A stretch of 64,000 bases of DNA from Octopus vulgaris (GCA_951406725.2 OX597834.1:34906001-34970000); one strand, 5' to 3'; positions 23,930-36,371 are shown, counted from the first letter of the stretch. Notes: a model not told the origin generated them from the sequence alone. Numbers and translations: made by a program.

Positions 23930-24358
23930 TAAATGCCCTGTTGCAATACCAGGCAGTGGCTCTCATGGCTTCTGATCTTAAGTGACTGGAAGTGTTATTA
24001 TCTCTGATCACGAGCAGAAGTAGTGGGGAAGCATCATAGCCATGTGTTGAGAGGGATTCATTGGGGTTTGGATAATTCACCTCTGGAAACATGGGTGTTT
24101 CGTTCAACATCCTTAAGCAACCCTTATTCATGTGCCTTTTGAGGGGGATGGGCTACTTGACCTGAAGAAAATTCTAACTGGGCCCCACCTGCAAGGTCAT
24201 GCGCTGTTTATATTCATAGGAGATCACCATGTCACGTACGTATGGTTGTGATGCATCTACCTGGTGTACCCTTATCAGACGGGTTGTCATGACGGGTATA
24301 CTTGACTTGTATATTTTACCCCAGTGTCACTTTGATGGCATGCACTGCTCTCTCACTC

Positions 24359-24360
<2 letters not shown>
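23930..24360 (+). mobile_element. non-coding retroelement-like segment inserted in (TAA)n
   Basis: High-complexity ~430-bp block bounded on both sides by (aat)n; probably a LINE 3' UTR. Identity is inferred. Confidence 0.5.
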
Positions 24361-24394
<34 letters not shown>

Positions 24395-24397
<3 letters not shown>

Positions 24398-25300
24398 GTG
24401 GATAAATTATTGCATGGTCATTTTATAAGTAACATGGTAAGTAGAATTGATAAGTTGATGCAAAAGTTGAGACTGAAGATGCTCTGTGTGTGTGTGTGTA
24501 GCACAAGAGAAATCTCTCAGAAGAAATTACATCGAATATAACATTGACAACACTGTAGACTCTATGAAATGAAAAGAGAAACAATCAGACATAGTGTAAA
24601 GGAATGCAGAACACCGGCACAAAGGAAATACAACAGAGGGGGGCAGGATAACATTGCTAGGGTTGTATACTGGAAATTATGAGAGACATACACAAGCTGG
24701 ACAGAAGAGGAAAACGGTGAGAACACCAGCCAGACTCAAGGGAAGTGTCAGGTAAAGCGAGGTTAGTTTTGAAGACTGCAATATCAAATGTGATCATGAG
24801 GTACAGGAAAGAACACCAGATATTGTTATCATTGAGGAAGTGGAAGAAAGCCTGAACTGGATGATTAATGTAGCATCACCATGTGGGGTATAACAGAGGT
24901 TGTGAGAAGGAGATGGAAAAGGGAAGGGAAAAGGCTGAGCAATATCTAAACTTGATGAGAGAAATTTACAAGGTTTACAAGGTGTGGGGCATGAATGGAG
25001 GTTGAAGCCATACGACTAGAGGTAGGAGGTGTCTTTGGGATGGTAACTACTTACACTAAAATAAACAGATTGCCAAGTTTGGAACTGAGATACGTACAGA
25101 GTTTCTTCTTCAGAAAAGACGGCACAATTAGGGGACGGTGGTTCAGATCCTGAAGGAAATTCTTGAAATATAAGGGAAGAAAGAAAATCTGAATGATCCT
25201 GAAAGATATTTGTTGTGATACTCTCTCACTCTTTCTATCTCTCTGTCTTTCTCCCTCTCACTCAACATAAATAATAGACATAAAGGTCAACATGTTAAAA
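24395..25300 (+). mobile_element. R4/Dong-type (RLE) LINE 3' fragment, copy 2
   Basis: High similarity to 22745-23905 over ~800 bp; DKLLHGHF motif at the start. Confidence 0.8.
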
Positions 25301-25319
25301 TAACAACAACAACAAAAAC

Positions 25320-25356
<37 letters not shown>

Positions 25357-25392
25357 GAACAACAACAAATAACAATAACAACAACAACAATA

Positions 25393-25768
25393 ATGGTTTC
25401 AGATTTTAGTACAAGGCCAGCAATTTCAGGGGAGGGGGATAGTCGATTACACTGACCCCAGTGTTCAGCTGGTACTTACTTTATCAACCCCTAAAGGATG
25501 AGAAGCAAAGTCGCCCTTAGCAACATTTGAACTCAGAACATAAAGACGGGTGAAATGCTGTGAATCCTTTCTACTAAAGGCACAAGGCCTGGAATTTTGG
25601 AAGAAGGGTAAGTCGATTACATCGACCCCCAGTACTCGACTGGTACTTATTTCATTGACCTTAAAAAGGATGAAAGGCAAAGTCAACCTCGGCAGAATTT
25701 GAACTCAGAACGTCAAGACTGAAATACCACTAAACATTTTGCTTGGCATGCTGCTGGTTCTGCCAGCA
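25393..25768 (-). mobile_element. two tandem SINE family B copies
   Basis: Same central and head motifs, with different tail variants. Confidence 0.85.
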
Positions 25769-25784
25769 CACTACCTTTCTTTTA

Positions 25785-26170
25785 CTCTCTTTTACTTGTT
25801 TCAGTCATTTGACTGCGGCCATGCTGGAGAATCCACCTTTAGTCGAAGAAATCGACCCTGGGACTTATTCTTTGTAAGCCTAGTACTTATTCTATTGGTC
25901 TCTTTTGCCGAACCGCTAAGTGACGGGGACGTAAACACACCACCATCAGTCGTCAAGCGATGTTGGGGGGACAAACACAAACATATACACACAAATACAT
26001 ATATACAACGGGCTTCTTTCAGTTTCCGTCTACCAAATCCACTCACAAGGCTTTGGTTGGCCCGAAGCTATAGTAGAAGACACTTGCCCAAGGTATCACG
26101 CAGTGGGACTGAACCCGGAACCATGTGGTTGGTAAGCAAGCTACTTACCATACAGCCATTCCTGTGCCTA
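25785..26170 (-). mobile_element. SINE family A, full length
   Basis: Close reverse complement of 31433-31823. Confidence 0.9.
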
Positions 26171-27222
26171 TACCTTCATAATTATGATAATAATAATAAT
26201 GGTGATGATGATTTCTTTTATTGGCCACAAGGACCCAAGATGTTGAGGCCAACATCTCAAGATGAAATACAGCACACAAAAGGTGGGAAACAACAATAAC
26301 AACAATAATAATGGTTTCTGACTTAGTCACAAGGCCAGCAATTTTGAGAGGGGTGAGGAATAGTCAATAGTCAATGTGATTGAACCACGGTATTTGACTG
26401 GTACTTTAGTTTTTCAACACCAGAAGGATGACAAGCAAAGTTGAGTTCATAGGGAATTGAACACAAGAACTGGTCACGCTGAGTTTTTTTTTTTTTTGGT
26501 TTTTTAAAAATTTCGCTGAATAAATAACATAAAAAAACCCCCAGAGATTTAAAATACAGATACCATCTTAGAAATGGGGTATTATTTAAGGAAAATGATG
26601 ATGACAACGATGATGGTGGTGGTGGTGATGGTGGCAGTGGTAATGATGATGATGATAATGTGGTGGTAGTGATATTGGTGGTGATTATGATGATGATGGG
26701 GTGTAGTGGTAGTGATATTGGTGGTGGTGGAGGTGATGATGATGATAGTAGTGATGATGATAGCATTATCAAACAAATTCTATAAACAGAAAATGCTGAG
26801 AAAACCCACAGAGACTTCGAATTAATTAATTTTATACATTTTATATAATTAGGCGATCTCCTTCAGCTTCAACAAAATCTTTCCCCAGTTGGTCCCATGC
26901 ATTCAAACCCCCTCGTAAGAGTAGATAGGGAGATGTTTATATACTACAATGTTACTTTAGAACAAACCCAGAAAACTTATGCCTTATATGGAACTAAAAC
27001 ATTTAGTTGGAGTGAGTAGAGGAATGGCTATACAGTTAAGAACTTTGCAAAGCAAGCAATGTGGTTCTGGGTACAATCCCATTGTGTGTGTTCTACATCT
27101 TGGGTGAGAAAGTTCTTTGACCATTGTTCTGTTGACCAATGCTTTGTATATGCATACATACATATAAGTGCATGGATGCGTGTATACATGTGTGTATGTA
27201 TAATTAATTCAAATCAGTGTGA

Positions 27223-27705
27223 AGGTGCATGTCTCAGTGGTTACAGCGTTGGGCTCACAATCATGAGGTAGTGAGTTTGATTACTGTATCAGACTGTGGC
27301 GAGTTCTTGAGCAAGACACTTTATTTCACGTTGCTCCAGTTCACTCAGCTGCAGAAATGAGTTGTGATGTCACTGGTACCAAGCTATATTAGCCTTAGCC
27401 TTTCCTCTGGATAACATGGGTAGCATGGAGAGAGGAGGCTGGTATGCATGGGTAACTACTGGTCTTCCATAAACAACCCTGGCTGGACTCGTGACTTGAA
27501 GGGGAACAGTCTTGGTGCAAACCCATGGTCATTCATGACAGAAGGGAGTCTTTACCCATTACCCTATGTACATATAATGGTGTGGAGAGGGAGGCTGGTA
27601 TGCATGGGCGACTGCTGGTCTTCCATAAAACAACCTTGGCTGGACTTATGCCTTGGAGGGTAACTTTCTAGGTGCAAACCCCATGATCGAAGGGGGTCTT
27701 TACCC
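27223..27705 (+). mobile_element. SINE family D with a duplicated 3' module
   Basis: ggagag.ggaggctggtatgcatggg...ctttaccc occurs twice (about 27425-27558 and 27580-27705). Confidence 0.85.
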
Positions 27706-28209
27706 TAATTCAAATCAATGATGATTATTTGTTACATTTGACAGCCTGAATGCTAAGGGGTTAAACATTTGTATTCCCGACAGTGGTTCTAAAATTAACG
27801 AAGCCCAAACAAAATCGAACAGACTTCGCAAGTGAAAAAAATATGAAACTCACACAGTTTGCTGTCCTGCTGACCTGTTGACCAAACTAGAACAAGCAGT
27901 TAATCCGAGATTAGCTGTACGTACATACATACTTATGCAACACCAGAAATGGCATGGTCAATGACCAGTGGCAAGATCATGTAATATACGTAAGCAGCAA
28001 AGTCTTAATGACTTCCAGCAAGTGGATCTAATGATTCTACGTAAACGAAGCTAGCAATAAATCTTGTGAAATCTGGTATCATGTTGAGTGACACAGCAAC
28101 ATGAAATGTTAATAATGAGAGATTTAGAGTGCAGGAGTGGATCGCTGAAATCCTCTCTCATTCCTTTCCCTCTTGAAAAATAACAACAACAAGAACAACA
28201 ACAGCAATC

Positions 28210-28950
28210 TCACTCAATCTGCTAGAAATAATAGCTGAAGCTTCATCAAATTATACTCCTCAGTTTTAATAAAAAATAAAAATGGAAGGGTAAATATCAG
28301 ATAATGTAGTTCTAGATATAACCACCTCCACACCCGAAAGGATGGGATGGTCATGGTTGAAATGCCTTTAAACATAGATATGTTTGATTAAGGCTGAGCT
28401 GATGCTAACCCCCCACCCCACCCCCACCAATAATAACAACAGAAGGTTGAGCCAGTGTAAGAGACTCTACATGGTCAGTCACCTTGCTAGAAATAGCAGT
28501 CAAATCTCACTCGAACCACACCCTGCCATCTTAAAGGGACATATTTGATAATGTGGTCCTTAATTCCCAGTACATGGGGAAAATATGTGATAGTCATGGC
28601 TGGAACACTTTTGATCATAGGTTTCTTTGATCAGGGTTGACCTGAGGCTAAACAACAACAACAAAAGATAACATGCCAATGAGCAAGTGTCTATGAGGCC
28701 GTTCGGTTTGCTAGAAATAGCAGCCAAATCATCTCCTTCAAATTAAATCCCATATGTTTGAAACTCCACCCCACCCCACCCCACCACCAAAACATCACAA
28801 AATATCTTTAAAAAAAATAAGGGATGAATTGAATAAAAGGGACACATCGATGTCCAAAATGGCAGCAGGGATAGTTTTTTTTTTTTTTTTTTGATAAGAT
28901 CTGCTCAAAGTTGACCCAGGAGGGGAATAACTAAACATCAGCAACAAAAA
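28210..28950 (+). mobile_element. tandem trimer of a (CAA)n-tailed retroposon fragment (family J)
   Basis: Three diverged units, each with tgctagaaata..agc..aa....tc near the start and an ending ctga...gctaa(caa)n. Related pieces lie near 3200, 3650, 16080-16660, 49990-50220 and 61740. Confidence 0.65.
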
Positions 28951-29472
28951 CAACAAAAACAAATTAAAACAATAGGAGAAAAGCCACAACAATATAAAAA
29001 AAAATAACAAACTTACATGTAGGAGAAATAACAAGTAATAATGAGTAGTTTGAGCTTGTTTGTGTTGAGTGTGAATGTTGAGTGTAAGTGTTGAGTGTGA
29101 GTGCTTCCTCTCTCTTTTTTTTTTTTAAGGATCCAGTGATATAATGGACGTAGCTAAGTAGGTAAATGGTTTAAAAAGACCTCTTGGAATTATTCTACAA
29201 GAAAGATGTTATCCACCGTGATAGAGTCGTAGCCATCTTGTCAGTATAATTTTTCCAGTGGCAAACAACAAATGATGACAATTGGTAAAACAATCAGAAT
29301 TTTGGCGATTATTATTATTATTATTATATCTATCATTATTGATGTTGTTGCTTTTTTTCTTTTTATTTGTGAAGTCAAGCCAACATCATCTACTGATATG
29401 AAAATAGTGGCTATTGGATATAACTTATAAGAATTCCTATCACCCAACCCATATACGTACGTGTCTGTGTGT

Positions 29473-29507
<35 letters not shown>

Positions 29508-30219
29508 CATATATATACATATATATACACACACACACATATACACACACATATATATATATATATGTTTGTTGTATGTGCGCATATATTGTAAGGAGAT
29601 GTGTGTGGATATGTATACACACATACACACACACAGTAGATATACATATACTCATGTTTGTATGTTTGTGTGTGTATATGTATAGGCATATATATATATG
29701 TATGCTTGCATGTATGCGTATATGCATATATGTACACACTTTTGGATATTTGTTTGTGTGGCTGTGTGTATGTTATATGAGTATGTGTGAATGGTTGTAC
29801 ATGTTTTTGTATGTATGCAAGTATGTTGCGTATGTCCACAATAAGCATCTAATTGCACAGGAAATGAAGCCAAAAGATGAAGAAGTCGCAGACTGATCCA
29901 AGAATCTCCTAAGATATCGAATAACACGTTCAATAGTGTTGTTGTTGTTGTTGATGTTTTCATATCAACATAGCAGCATATTAAACCATGGAATATCAAA
30001 TGGTATCAGTAAAAGCCTTGTGTTAAACCATCAAAGTAAGAAGGATATCATATCCATCATAGAGATTTTACGGTACTTTCATCAGTTATTTGTTAAAGTA
30101 TGTTAACCAAAATGTACTTACCGTACAGAAAGATAATTCGTTAAATCACTGAGAGCATGTGTGTGTGTTACACTTGAAATCTGAAGAACATGCAACAGCA
30201 TATACTCTATTATATAGTG

Positions 30220-30296
30220 ATTCCAGCAAGTATGGTGAAGATAAAGCTTGGCCGATGAGGTCACAGATTGAAACTTGTCTGAAGTTGTCTCCCTTG
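30220..30296 (+). ncRNA. hammerhead-like motif of the 12615-13066 family (solo copy)
   Basis: CCGATGA-ggtc-aca-gatt-GAAACTTGTC, preceded by agcaagta..gtgaa and followed by agttgtctccctt, as at 12870-12950. Confidence 0.45.
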
Positions 30297-30324
30297 TATT
30301 TGCCAGAAACACAAGAATATGTTA

Positions 30325-30735
30325 AAAACACCTGTGCTGGTGCCATGTGGAGAGCACCTGTGCTGGTGTCACATAAAGAGCACTTATGTTGGCACCATGT
30401 AAAAAAGCACCCAATGCACTCTGTAAAGTGGATGGCATTTGGAAGGGTATTCACTATAGAAACCAAGCCAAACACAGATGACTGGAGCCTGGTGTAGCCT
30501 TCAATCTCACTGCTCCGCAACCTTTTTCCACTTGCGGTACATTTATATTCTTTTCAAAATTTGGCGGCACACCTGAACTAAAAATACAACTAAAAGTATA
30601 GGGAAAAAAATTATATTCAGGTTACACTGTGGCACACCTAGCATGGTCTCATGGCACACCAGTGTGCCGTGGCATACTGGTTGTGGAGCACCACTCTATC
30701 TTACCAGCTCCTGTCAAGTCATGCAACCCACCCAG
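30325..30735 (+). mobile_element. family C element interrupted by an hAT-like MITE
   Basis: aagcacc...ctctgtaaagtgg...ggaagggtat..., resuming at ccagctcctgtcaag. Confidence 0.7.
30508..30693. mobile_element. hAT/Charlie-like MITE
   Basis: TIR cactgctccgcaacc / ggttgtggagcacca; internal gcggcacacc and gtgtgccgtggca motifs typical of Charlie-type MITEs. Confidence 0.6.
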
Positions 30736-31164
30736 AGACTCCCCCCCCTGGACAAAAAATGATGGTGATGATGATAACTCGTAATATGGCATTTTTCTCT
30801 TCTCACGTATTTATTTCAAGGTATTTTTTAATGTTATATGTATAAGATATGTCTGCACAACTTAGTCTATCTGCCTGTCTCACCACACAATTATTTCCAG
30901 CTCACTTTTAATGCTTTTTGTATTAAATAACACAATCTTAATTACCTGTCTGTTTCTCAGTTGATCTGTCTGTCTAACTATCTATCCATCAATCTGTCTA
31001 CATGTTTCTCTTATCATATTTTACTTACTTAACTCGTTAATGTTCTGTGCCAATGTTTTCCAAAGTGGGTTCCACGTAAAACTTTGGACGTTCTATAAGA
31101 TAAGGTGTCTTTGAATAAATTGAATAAAAAAATTAATTTCTATAAAACAGAGGAATTAACCAGG

Positions 31165-31340
31165 AATCCGAATAGAGTGTCCAGTGGAACTGTTACAAAA
31201 GGTTTGACTACTTGGCATGGCCAGAATAATCAGGAAAGTATGAGATAGTTGAAAAGAACAAATATGGTACCACAGGTTGCAGGGAGCTAGCCTGCTACAT
31301 CTCTAAGATTCCAGGAGTTCCAACAGAACTGGAGTCGTTG
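31165..31340 (+). mobile_element. R4/Dong-type LINE extreme C-terminus plus 3' UTR
   Basis: IECPVELLQKV*LLGMARIIRKV resembles LLQK..LLGTARIIRKVL. Confidence 0.6.
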
Positions 31341-31432
31341 TTGTTGCTGCTAATGAATGATGATGATGATAGCAAAAGTAAGAGCTGTCCATAAAATATG
31401 GGTATGGGATCCATAATTTTAAAAAATTGTAT

Positions 31433-31823
31433 GCGCAGGAGTGGCTGTGTGGTAAGTAGCTTGCTTACGAACCACATGGTTCCGGGTTCAGTCCCACTGC
31501 GTGGCACCTTGGGCAAGTGTCTTCTACTATAGCCTCGGGCCGACCAATGCCTTGTGAGTGGATTTGGTAGATGGAAACTGAAAGAAGCCCGTTATATATA
31601 TGTATGTATTTGTGTGTTTGTTTGTGTGTCTGTGTTTGTCCCCCTAGCATTGCTTGACAACCGATGCTGGTGTGTTTACGTCCCCGTCACTTAGCGATTC
31701 GGCAAAAGAGACTGATAGAATAAGTACTGGGCTTACAAAGAATAAGTCCCAGGGTCGATTTGCTCGACTAAAGGCAGTGCTCCAGCATGGCCGCAGTCAA
31801 ATGACTGAAACAAGTAAAAGAGT
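31433..31823 (+). mobile_element. SINE family A, full length (tRNA head, CORE-like box, internal microsatellite, LINE-like tail)
   Basis: A box tggctgtgtgg, B box ggttcagtccc, caccttgggcaagt CORE-like motif, tail ccagcatggccgcagtcaaatgactgaaacaagtaaaaga. Confidence 0.9.
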
Positions 31824-31825
31824 AA

Positions 31826-32230
31826 GGGTTCCATCTTTCATTCCCTGGGAGGACTATTATGGGGGTGTAAATGGGAGAAAGAAGATGATGTGTGCTGAGC
31901 TGGTGAGGTTATGTTGAAGCAATGAGTGACAAGCAAGGTGCAGAGAATTCGTAGGTCAGCCCCAGTGTAAAGCCTACAACATGTTGGACATGACAAAGGG
32001 GCACTAGTAAGCAGAAGGCCACCAAATTAGCTACTGAGGTAGTAAAGACTGTCTCAAGGTGGCTGTGGTGGATCAAGGGGTGTAAGACCTGAAAGAGTGA
32101 AGCGAACTGGACACAAGCCAGGACTTGATCAAACCTGTTGGGTCAACTGGGTGAGGTTGAAAGGCCCGAAATACCTAACGACCCTAGGAAATATCACGGA
32201 TGATGTGTCCAGGTGCATCAAAGGATGAAC
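31826..32230 (+). mobile_element. HERO-type (R2 group) LINE C-terminus and 3' UTR relic
   Basis: IPWED...RKK...AELV..C...ARC...ATEVVKTVSRWLW resembles the HERO RLE end (VPWE..ERK..Y.ELV..C; A.RWLW). UTR ggacacaagccaggacttgatcaa...gatgatgtgtcc. Confidence 0.65.
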
Positions 32231-32262
32231 AACTAGTATGGTGTTTATCATCATCATCATTA

Positions 32263-32472
32263 AGGTGGCGAGCTGGCAGAATCATTAGCCTTCTTGATGA
32301 AATACTAAGCGGTATTTTACCCGTTGTTATGTTCTGAGTTCAAATTCCGTTGAGGTTAACTTTGCCTTTCATCCTTTCAGGGTTGATAAATTAAGTACCT
32401 GTTGAATACTGGGGTTGATGTAATCGACTTATGCCCTCTCCCAAAATTGCTGGCCTTGAACCAAAATTTGAA
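32263..32472 (+). mobile_element. SINE family B
   Basis: aaggtggcgagctggcagaatc...gagttcaaattcc...gcctttcatcctttcagggttgataaattaagtacc. Confidence 0.9.
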
Positions 32473-33323
32473 ATAATTATCATCATCATCATCATTTTGA
32501 TGTCCACTTCACTGTGCTTGGACACATTTTCTATGGTTGGGTACCCTTCCTGTGGCCAACCCTCACTCGTTTCCGAACACGGTCATATTTCCCCATGACC
32601 AGACATGTTTACACAGAATACTGGAAATGAATGACACCCATTTACCACAACCATGCAAAGTCAAGACAAAAGGAATACAAATATATATGTACATACATAT
32701 ACAGCAGGCTTCTATTTAGTTTCCATCAACCAAATCCATTCACAAGACTTTGGTCAGCCTCAAGTTATAATTAACGATTATATCAAATAGTAAATAGTCA
32801 GGTGGTAGTGGCAGGATCGCTAGTATCTGTAGTAGTATTGGTAGTAGTAGTAGTAGTAGCAGCAGCGGCAGCAGCAGCATGTGGTGGTGCTAGTACGAGC
32901 GGTCTTTTTAAATAACCACAATTTTGCATGTTAACAGACATTGATATGATGTATATAAAATAAATGTATGTGTGTGTGTGTGTGTAGTGTTCATATTCGG
33001 GTATATGAATGCATGTACACATACACACACACACACTCATACACAGATGTTGCTGCATATATGAATGTGAGTGGCAGCAGCCAGGATCTAAGACCTTCAG
33101 GAAGAAATAGAAGGCACAAAAGGTTCATTGTACCACAACTGAAATGTTTGACTGGTTGATTGTTGAAGTGAACTGGGCTACGGTGACGTGTAATAACAGG
33201 AAATATCTACTGTTCGTCCACCAAACAGAATCCTCAAAGATATCATACATCGAGGGACAGGACATCCTAGTATCACTGAACAACGCCAACACATCCGCTT
33301 TCTCTTTCTTTCACACGTACATG

Positions 33324-33371
<48 letters not shown>

Positions 33372-33460
33372 TGCAACCTGAACCAGGAAGGTAGTTTCTA
33401 TTTGGGTGATTGCTCAATCCTGTGAGAAAATAGGTATCCAAATCACACCCCATCCTTCTA

Positions 33461-33684
33461 TTAACCCTTTCATTACCAACCCAGCTGAAACTGGCCCTGG
33501 CTCTGAGTACAAATGTCTTGTTTTCATAAGTCTTGAATTAAAATCTTCCACCAAACCATAATCACAATTTATGTTCCTAACTCTAGCTGAATGATAATCA
33601 AGTTATTTTACTAAATTGTTATATTTAAAATAATTGAGAGAAACGCAGAGCATCTCAAAATAAATACAGTAATGAAAGGGTTAA
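33461..33684. mobile_element. piggyBac-like MITE (type H), intact
   Basis: TTAA-ccctttcattac...gtaatgaaaggg-TTAA: perfect 12-bp TIR and TTAA TSD. Confidence 0.9.
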
Positions 33685-33732
33685 AGAAAAAGAAAAACAA
33701 CATACAGTTCTAGATAGATCTATCACTATCAT

Positions 33733-33985
33733 CATTTAATGTCTGCCTTCCATGCTGGCATGGGTTGAACAGTTTGTCAACAGCTGGCCAGGCAGGGGCC
33801 TGCACAAAGCTTCTGTTTTGGCAGGGTTTTTAAAAGCAACCATACAGCAGAGAGGGTCAAGTGCTTTTTATGTGGCACAAGCACAGGCAAGGGCAGTTTC
33901 GGCATGGTTTTTACAGCTGGATGCCCTTCCAAACAGCAACCACTTTACAGTGTCGACTGGATGCTTTCTACGTGGCATCAACATG
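33733..33985 (-). mobile_element. family C, diverged
   Basis: ttccatgctggcatgggttg...acagctggatgcccttcc. Confidence 0.75.
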
Positions 33986-34122
33986 ACAAATGACAATAAA
34001 GGCACTAATAAAAGGAAATAAAATGAAATGGTAATAAAATAACTGATAAGAATGAAGGAAGCTGCCAACATTAGGCTGAATTTAAATAGATCAAGATCAT
34101 ATTCATTTTGTTTCATTCTGAT

Positions 34123-34322
34123 TTAAACTTTTAGCATTTAAACCAGCCAATATCAGGCCCAAATATTCTATCTGTTTTATGTTCAAACTGGTCAGATTCA
34201 ACCTCTCACACATACCCTACAATGTCATTCTAAAAATAAACAATCGCATAATCAAAATTTCAAAGCTAGAAGATAATGTAAGATTAATTCAAAACAATGT
34301 GAATCTATAAGCTAATGGGTTA
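34123..34322 (-). mobile_element. piggyBac-like MITE (type G)
   Basis: ttttagcatttaaacc...taccctacaatgtcattctaaaaata...gctaatgggtt. Confidence 0.8.
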
Positions 34323-34484
34323 TTGTCTGTCTTTGTATGTGAGCATGGCTTCGGAAACTGAAGCAGAACTTTGACGGCTGAATACTTCTCCCCGATGCCA
34401 ACCCAGTTGGTTTTCAAGTAAGGGATTTATATAAAGTTTTAAAATTAACTGTGTATAGGCCGTGTTTGTTGAAATACTGTGTTC

Positions 34485-34780
34485 AGCCCCACTGCATGGC
34501 ACCTTCAGCACGTGTCTTCTACTATAGCCTCAGGCCGACCAAAGCCTTGTGAGAGGATTTGGTAGATGGAAACTGAAAGAAGCCCGTTGTATATACGTGT
34601 ATGTTTGTGTGTGTGTTTATCCCTCCAGCATTGACAACCGATGTTAGTAATTTTATGTTCTCGTAACTTAGCAGTTCGGCAAAGGGATCGATAGAATAAG
34701 TACTAGGCTTACAAAGAATAAATACTGGGGTCAATTTGTTTGATAAAGGCGGTGCTCCAGCATGGCCATATTCAAATGAC
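34485..34780 (+). mobile_element. SINE family A, 5'-truncated
   Basis: Matches 31490-31810. Confidence 0.85.
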
Positions 34781-35733
34781 TGTGTGTGTGTACATAAACG
34801 TACATTTTTACATGCATACATACAAATACATGTTGTCAGTTACGCAGTTACTGAGAAGTTAGAGACAAAATGCAAGTGCCAAAACTTGTATGTATGTATG
34901 TATGTATGTATGTATGTATGTATATATATATATGTATACACATATATATATATATATACACATACACACACAACACAAGCACATATTCAAAATAAAAGAA
35001 TACTGATGCAAGTATACATGTCTGAATGCATGTATGTAAATATAGTTGGCATGTGTGGGAATATACATGTATGTGTGTGTTTTGAATGTAGGACGTGAAA
35101 GAATTTTCTTTTCAATTTTTTTTTTCCACGCCACCGCAACCACCACCACAACCAAATAACGAAATATCACAAATTGTGCAGTTGATGAAGGTAGCGTATC
35201 GGTGTGTGTGTGTGTGTGGTGAGGGCAGTTAATGAAGCTATTCTGTTGAACATTGGTACAATAAATAAAAACAACCACAACAGCTCCACCAAAGAGACCA
35301 AAACAATAGTTCTTCAGAAAACAAACATCACAACCACAACAACAACAACAACAACAACCACATTTCTTATTGACTCGTATTTAATTCCCTTCTTTATAGA
35401 ATTCTTTTGTTGGCCAAATATTTTGGCACTGCTGGCATTTTGGTAATGAACTGTATCAACTGTTACCTAGATCAGATCAGCTCGTGTGTGTGTGTATGTG
35501 TGAAAGTGCATATAGATACAAGCATACATACATGATATATATGTGTGTGTGTGTGTGTATATATATATATAGTATGTATGTAGGTATGTATCGATGTATA
35601 ATCTTTTTTACTAGGAACAGAGCCAAATACTACAGGTCGATGTCTCAGCCCCTATATATTTACTGCAGTTATTATGACACAGTATATTACTGGTTATTAT
35701 GATACCCTAAAAATGATCAGTTCTTATGACACT

Positions 35734-35769
<36 letters not shown>

Positions 35770-35771
<2 letters not shown>

Positions 35772-35967
35772 CGGGAAGGTTTACGAAAATAAACAAAAGA
35801 CGAAGGAAGGTGGAGTACAAACAAACAAATGTATTAGTATGGCACTCAGAAATAGAAATAGAAAAAGTTTTTTACATTTCAAGCCTACGCTCTTCGACAG
35901 AAAGATACACAGAAAAAAGCAAGGAGAGAAAAAAATGCGTGTAGGAGCTAATGATCTATCATGGCGT
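35770..35967 (-). mobile_element. Penelope-like pseudo-LTR-type short element next to (TA)n, with a hammerhead motif
   Basis: Homologous layout to 3337-3552; motif at 35868-35904. Confidence 0.55.
35868..35904 (-). ncRNA. degenerate minimal hammerhead motif (core CUGUCGA)
   Basis: Minus strand reads UUU-CUGUCGA-A-GAGC-GUAG-GCUU-GAAAUGUA-AAA. Confidence 0.5.
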
Positions 35968-35969
35968 GA

Positions 35970-36365
35970 TGTGAGGGCACATGGCCTAGTGGTTAGGGTG
36001 TTGCATTCACAATCATGAGATCATGGTTTCAATTCCTGGACTGGGTAGTGTGTTGTGATCTTGAGCAATACACTTCATCTCCCATTGCTCTAGAATCACG
36101 TTGACACATGATGTTTTGTACACCATACACCTGTTCAGGAAACATTATAGAATAGTGATGTGAGGGCCTATGGCCTAGTGGTTAAGGTGCTGCACTCACA
36201 ATTGTGAGATTGTGGTTTCAATTCCTCAACTGGGTGGTTATGTTGTGTTCTTGGGCAAAGCCCTTCATCTCACATTGCTTTAAGATCACTTCAACATCTG
36301 ATGTTTGATACACCTGTTCAGGTCATGCCAATTTGATGGCAGGAGGGAGCTAATATACAACACAT
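35970..36365 (+). mobile_element. tandem dimer of tRNA/CORE-like SINE family F
   Basis: gtgatgtgagggc..atggcctagtggtta.ggtg...tacacctgttcagg occurs twice, ~190 bp apart. Confidence 0.85.
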
Positions 36366-36371
36366 ACGATT

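Noticed and set aside
25739-26299. 186-aa ORF, and similar ORFs at 45014, 50644 and 57453
   Set aside because: These are chance frames through SINE or LINE-UTR copies; the same peptides recur wherever the repeats occur.
30060-30090. Minus-strand CTGATGA as another hammerhead
   Set aside because: No stem II and no correctly placed GAAA follow the core.
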